Made by a program: the position numbers and the translations under genes. From an uncultured Verrucomicrobiae bacterium (lineage in GTDB: Bacteria > Verrucomicrobiota > Verrucomicrobiia > Chthoniobacterales > UBA10450), in NCBI GenBank assembly GCA_963735805.1, contig CAVTMK010000001.1:288001-352000 (forward strand): 64,000 nt of DNA. Direction: 5' to 3'. The first letter of the stretch is position 1; the number at the start of each line of letters is the position of its first letter. The notes below the pieces were generated by a model. It saw only the letters and a list, made by a program, of their open reading frames with translations, did not search any database and was not told the DNA's origin. Positions 59,563 to 64,000 of the stretch are shown piece after piece.

Positions 59563-60033
59563 TTAAAGCAGCTTCAGTTTTGGCGCGGTTTCCGGTGACC
59601 ACGGATTGGTCTTGTAATCGGATTCGACGATGCGATCGGCGCACCCGCACAACAGCTTACAAAATGCGGCAACATCCAGTCCGTGATGTTGCGGAGCGAA
59701 CCGGGACAGATTCCTCTCCGCGAGCCGGAATAGACGAACTGCAGGAGACAGCCGCCTGCTATGTTTCGCATGCAGTGGGTGCTCGAATCGCTTTTGGAGA
59801 TGAACGAAAGCCCCCGCCGCCTGAATCAATCCTTTGAAATAGTCTGCATCGGGTGATTTGGTCTTGAGCCAAAGCTGCTCGAGCACATCATGCGCCTCGT
59901 AATAACGTTTTTCATTCCAGCAATGGAAAAAGGCGCGATAGAATGGATGTTTCACGATGTCTTTCTGGTCCGGCTCGGCATTTTCAACACCCAACCCGAC
60001 TACGAACCGCGAAATCCTCTCGCCTTTGTTCAT
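59563..60033 (-). CDS. DUF309 family protein
   Basis: N..RYYEAHDVLEQLW..FKGLIQAAGA.VH. Confidence 0.85.
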   Translation of the reverse strand: MNKGERISRFVVGLGVENAEPDQKDIVKHPFYRAFFHCWNEKRYYEAHDVLEQLWLKTKSPDADYFKGLIQAAGAFVHLQKRFEHPLHAKHSRRLSPAVRLFRLAERNLSRFAPQHHGLDVAAFCKLLCGCADRIVESDYKTNPWSPETAPKLKLL

Positions 60034-60161
60034 GAAGGCCTTAATTTGCTCACGGCTCAGACGATGAGCAAACCAGCGCGCACCAGTTTTCCCGCGGCGC
60101 AACACTGCCCGCCTCGCGGGGCCGACTTCTCGCAGCCAGTCTGGCTGTGCGGATACAAGAA

Positions 60162-61430
60162 ATGACCGCTGTCACCCTGGCCATTCTGCTGGTGGTCGTC
60201 TCGGTCCTAATTTTCTGTTCTGCTCTCTTTTCCGGAGTGGAAACAGCGCTTTTTTCACTCAAGGCATACCAATTGCGTCGTCTGGAAACAAATCACGAAA
60301 GACTCACGAAATTCATTCAATTTTTCCGGGAAAATCCACGCCGTGTCCTGAATGTCCTCCTGCTTGGTGATGGACTGGTGAATGTTCTGTTAATCGTACT
60401 GTGCCTTTTTTTCTTGTGGGAAGGTCCGCTCGCGGCGCGCATTCCCCAGTGGGCGGTAGCGCTTGTCATATTCGCAGTCATTGTACTGCTTTGCGATCTA
60501 ATCCCGAAGCTCCTGGCGCTTTCGGCACCCTACCGACTTTCAACGATCGGCGCCTTCGCGTTGCAAATATCCATGCCGGTTCTGGACCGTATCGGACGCA
60601 GCCTGGAGAGCGTCAGCGCCTACGTCGTCGATCTTCTCACCCCTTCGCGCTTGCGCACTCGAGCGCGCTTAAGCGACGAGGAATTAGAGACTCTGATCGA
60701 GATGAGCGAGGAGGAAGGCGCCTTGTATGAAGGCGAAGCCGAAATCATCCAGGAAATCATCAAACTAGGCGATAAAACCGCAAAGGACTGCATGACACCG
60801 CGTGTCGACAGTTTCATGCTGCCGGATGATTTGACGAATGAGGAAGTCATCGAGCGCCTGAGAACGAACCGTTACCGGCGTGTTCCGGTGTACGCCGATA
60901 CGCCCGATCAAATTCTTGGGATCATCGATGTGAAATTGTTTCTGCTCGCCCCCTCAGAGCATTACACCGAGAAATTAATCGCTCCGTCCTTCGTCTCCGA
61001 GACGATGGGAGCGTTGGAGCTCCTCAAGCTCTTTTTGTCTCGTCCTCAGGGAATGGGCGTCGTGGTTGATGAATTTGGAGGCATCGAAGGCGTCATCACG
61101 ATGGAGGACATCGTGGAAGAAATCCTTCGCGATGTTGTGCCGCGTGACGATGTCGCTCTTTATATCGAGCCGCTCGGCAACGGCAGGTTTCTTGTTAGCG
61201 GTAACGCGCGCCTGGACGATCTAAGCGAATATCTCGGTTTTCAAATCGATGCCGATGGAATCGACACGATCGGCGGATTTGTCTTTACGAGGCTGGGTTA
61301 TTTGCCTTCCTCGGGCACGAAATTGGAAATCCCAGGGCTTGTAATTACGGTGCGCCGCGCAGGCCGCAAGAGGATTGAGGAAATTTTGTTGGAGAAGACA
61401 ACTCCGAAAGCTTTCGACGCAGCGGCATGA
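60162..61430 (+). CDS. CNNM/CBS/CorC hemolysin-family (TlyC-like) protein
   Basis: SALFSGVETALFSL; MTPRVD; VVDEFGGIEGVITMEDIVEEI; DTIGGFV. Confidence 0.92.
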   Translation: MTAVTLAILLVVVSVLIFCSALFSGVETALFSLKAYQLRRLETNHERLTKFIQFFRENPRRVLNVLLLGDGLVNVLLIVLCLFFLWEGPLAARIPQWAVALVIFAVIVLLCDLIPKLLALSAPYRLSTIGAFALQISMPVLDRIGRSLESVSAYVVDLLTPSRLRTRARLSDEELETLIEMSEEEGALYEGEAEIIQEIIKLGDKTAKDCMTPRVDSFMLPDDLTNEEVIERLRTNRYRRVPVYADTPDQILGIIDVKLFLLAPSEHYTEKLIAPSFVSETMGALELLKLFLSRPQGMGVVVDEFGGIEGVITMEDIVEEILRDVVPRDDVALYIEPLGNGRFLVSGNARLDDLSEYLGFQIDADGIDTIGGFVFTRLGYLPSSGTKLEIPGLVITVRRAGRKRIEEILLEKTTPKAFDAAA

Positions 61431-62392
61431 TAATCGGCTTAAGCATTTTTTGTTGCTGGATTGTTTCGTTCTTTTTCAACGGAATTGAAAGCGGCCTGCT
61501 TTCGATTGATCCAATTCGACTGCGACAAAACGTGAAGCGGCGCGTGCCGGCAGCCGTGCGATTGAATCGCTTGTTGAAACAGCCTGAGCGATTGCTGGTG
61601 ACCGTCCTACTGATCACGAATGCGGCCGATATACTCGGTCTGTTCCTGTTAACGTACGAGTTAGTCCGGTTATGGGGCTATGCCGGCTACTTTCTCTCTG
61701 TGGCGATCGCGCTTCCAGTCTATTTGTTTTTGCTTTCTGTTCTTCCGAAATCTCTTTTCAGGCGATTCCCGTTTCGTGCGCTCGCTCAGCTTGCCGGCAT
61801 ACTCGAATTCGCGTCGCTCTTGTTCTCGCCATTGCTCGAGCTCGGTGCGCGATTCGGCAAGCTGCTCCTGCCGGAACGCGCGGCTCGGCGTGCTCGGCTC
61901 TTTGCCGGGCGCGAAGAAGTAAAACAGATCACCGAACAAAGTGAGCGCGAGGGCTCCCTCACTGCTACGGAACGCGCGATGATTCATAACGTGGTGGATT
62001 TCCGAAGCGTCAAAGTAAGCGACGTCATGTTGCCGTTGGCCCAAGTCGTCGCGTTGCCATCGAGTGCGTCGCCCCACGAAGCAGTGGAGCTAGGCGTTTC
62101 TTCCGGCCTTGATCGTCTGCCTGTGATCACACGCAAAGGCCAACCCGCCGGGTTGGTCAACGTTCTCGATATCTTGCTCGATCAGAATGGAAGCAACTCG
62201 CTGGATCATTATGTCCGGCGGATCGTAACGACCGGAGAGGAAGAATCCGCCTATCGAGTGGTACAGCAATTGCGCGCTGCGCGGCTTGGGCTTGCGGCTG
62301 TCCTCGACCGAAAGAAAAATTTCCGCGGGATCGTAACGATTGAGGATTTGATTCGGCGGCTTATTTCTTCAAGCGAGGCACGGGCTACCTGA
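61427..62392 (+). CDS. CNNM (DUF21)-CBS protein, coupled partner lacking the CorC domain
   Basis: ATGA overlap; FFNGIESGLLS; GIVTIEDL. Confidence 0.85.
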   Translation: MIIGLSIFCCWIVSFFFNGIESGLLSIDPIRLRQNVKRRVPAAVRLNRLLKQPERLLVTVLLITNAADILGLFLLTYELVRLWGYAGYFLSVAIALPVYLFLLSVLPKSLFRRFPFRALAQLAGILEFASLLFSPLLELGARFGKLLLPERAARRARLFAGREEVKQITEQSEREGSLTATERAMIHNVVDFRSVKVSDVMLPLAQVVALPSSASPHEAVELGVSSGLDRLPVITRKGQPAGLVNVLDILLDQNGSNSLDHYVRRIVTTGEEESAYRVVQQLRAARLGLAAVLDRKKNFRGIVTIEDLIRRLISSSEARAT

Positions 62393-62449
62393 TTGGCGCT
62401 TCAACCGCTTGCTTTTGAGAGGGAATTCTTTACGGGACCCAGGATTAAT

Positions 62450-64000
62450 TCAAGTTGACGTCACAACTTCCTGTTCATCCTCAAGGACACGCGCGGCTGC
62501 AAGCAGGGCGACATGCGAAAATGCCTGCGGAAAATTTCCCAGCTGTCTTTTCCAGCGCGGATCGTACTCCTCGGAGAGAAGTCCCAGGTCATTTCGCACT
62601 TCAAGAAGGCGCTCGAACAGTTCGCGCGCTTCTTTCTTTCGGTCGAGTAGATGCCAGCAAGCGACCAACCAGAACGAGCATGGGAGAAAAACACCTTCAC
62701 GCCCTGGCAATCCGTCCACGCCGCATTCCTGTGGCTTGTAACGCAAGACAAAGCCATCTTCCATCAGTTCCCGTTCGATGGCCTCGACGGTATTACGGAC
62801 GCGTTCGTCTGTTGCAGGCAAAAACCCGACGAGTGGCATCGTCAACAGGCTGGCGTCCAGCGCATCGGAGCCGTAAAACTGGGTGAACGCCTTCCTCTGC
62901 GTGTTGTAGCCACGCTCGCACACCTCGCGATGGATTTGCTCCCTAACCTTTAGCCAGCGGCCGTGATGCTCCCCCGCCGCGCATCCGCATTCCTCAACCA
63001 GTTTCACCGCGCAGTCGAACGCAACCCATGCCATCATTTTCGAGTGCGTGAAATTCTTTCTTCCGCCGCGGACTTCCCAGATTCCTTCGTCTGGTTTTTG
63101 CCAGTTTGATTCCAGGAATTTCATCAAATGCACCATCAAAGCCCAATCAGGCTCCTGCATTTTGATCCCAGCACAGTCAGCTTCGAACATTGTCGCCAGT
63201 ACCTCGCCGTAGACATCAAGCTGAAATTGCATCGATGCAGCATTTCCGATACGTACCGGCACAGACTTTTCGTAGCCTGAGAGCCAGGGAATTTCGACTT
63301 CAGTGAGCCGACGTTCCCCGCTAACGCCGTACATGATCTGCATCTGGGCAGGGCTTCCGGCAACGGCTCGAAGCAGCCACTCCCGCCAGCCTTTGGCTTC
63401 TTCGAGGTAACCGGCCCGCAGTAGTGAGAGCAAAGCGAACGTAGCATCCCGAAGCCAGCAGTAGCGATAGTCCCAGTTGCGCGGTCCTCCTATTTGTTCA
63501 GGCAACGATGTCGTAGCTGCGGCTACCAGGCCGCCTGTCGGCGCGTAGGTCAATCCCTTGAGCACGATGAGCGAGCGCATCACCGCATCGCGCCATTTCC
63601 CCTGACCTTTGAACTGAGTAGACCATTCGTGCCAGAACTTTTCTGTGTCGCGTAGCGCATGCTCGTGGTGGACCGGCTTTGGCGGATCTTTGTGGGAGGC
63701 AAACCACGTCAGCACGAACGGAACCCTATCACCTTCGCTAACCGCAAACTTTGCAACTGTAGTCAGATCTTTGCCGCGTGTTTTAATTGGTGTTCGCAAG
63801 ATCAAGCCATCTGGTCCGGCGATCGCTTCCAGTCCGTCGTTTCGGTGTCGCACCCATGGCACGATCTGTCCGTAATCGAACCGGATAACCAATTCCATCT
63901 GCATGGTAACCTTGCCCCGCAATCCTTCCACGACGCGGATGATGTCCGGATTCTCGCCGCGCGGCGGCATGAAATCGATCAGGCGCACTGCACCGCTCTT
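62450..64000 (-). CDS. Glycoside hydrolase family 15 (trehalase/glucoamylase-like), 5' end outside window
   Basis: TTSLPEQIGGPRNWDYRYCWLRD; QLDVYGE; DEGIWE; GLLSEE..GNFPQAFSH. Confidence 0.93.
   Translation of the reverse strand, partial: KSGAVRLIDFMPPRGENPDIIRVVEGLRGKVTMQMELVIRFDYGQIVPWVRHRNDGLEAIAGPDGLILRTPIKTRGKDLTTVAKFAVSEGDRVPFVLTWFASHKDPPKPVHHEHALRDTEKFWHEWSTQFKGQGKWRDAVMRSLIVLKGLTYAPTGGLVAAATTSLPEQIGGPRNWDYRYCWLRDATFALLSLLRAGYLEEAKGWREWLLRAVAGSPAQMQIMYGVSGERRLTEVEIPWLSGYEKSVPVRIGNAASMQFQLDVYGEVLATMFEADCAGIKMQEPDWALMVHLMKFLESNWQKPDEGIWEVRGGRKNFTHSKMMAWVAFDCAVKLVEECGCAAGEHHGRWLKVREQIHREVCERGYNTQRKAFTQFYGSDALDASLLTMPLVGFLPATDERVRNTVEAIERELMEDGFVLRYKPQECGVDGLPGREGVFLPCSFWLVACWHLLDRKKEARELFERLLEVRNDLGLLSEEYDPRWKRQLGNFPQAFSHVALLAAARVLEDEQEVVTST

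Overview
Bacterial chromosomal window of moderately high GC. Gene content and repeat style suggest a soil Verrucomicrobiota (Chthoniobacterales-like) genome, but this is inference only. (1) 1-19.2 kb is a dense general-stress/dormancy-type cluster: hybrid histidine kinase, MscS, a PolX-derived PHP protein with no polymerase core, DUF1328, two DUF892 ferritin-like genes, a GT4 glycosyltransferase, two Fet4-like permeases, DUF883, BON, DUF3309, YihY, a LigC-type ligase, topoisomerase IB and very basic proteins. It also holds small proteins missed by the ORF track, including a 38-aa membrane peptide with a pseudogenised twin. (2) 19-47 kb is mostly housekeeping and transport: YncE propeller, COG4705, LysE, AlkZ, cNMP-domain MscS, H+-PPase, tRNA-Gln(CTG), a class C beta-lactamase-like hydrolase, tadA, acs, a VanX-like dipeptidase, cutA, mnmA, MPG, 5'-nucleotidase, FAD oxidase, OsmC and a DUF4242-cyclase fusion. 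(3) 47.9-51.15 kb is an integron cassette array with no integrase in the window (CALIN-like): a degenerate attI-like site, six attC sites and seven small genes. All six attC sites carry a same-frame mini-ORF, four starting exactly 64 nt before the crossover G. (4) 51-64 kb holds VOC, secA, ridA, pyrE, YyaL, TauE, DUF309, two CNNM/CBS genes and a GH15. Several palindromic REP-like families are scattered through the window; copies sit in frame inside mnmA and probably YyaL, and supply stop codons to some genes. Three apparent +1 homopolymer frameshifts are probably assembly errors. All calls are by eye and motif recognition; no searches were run.
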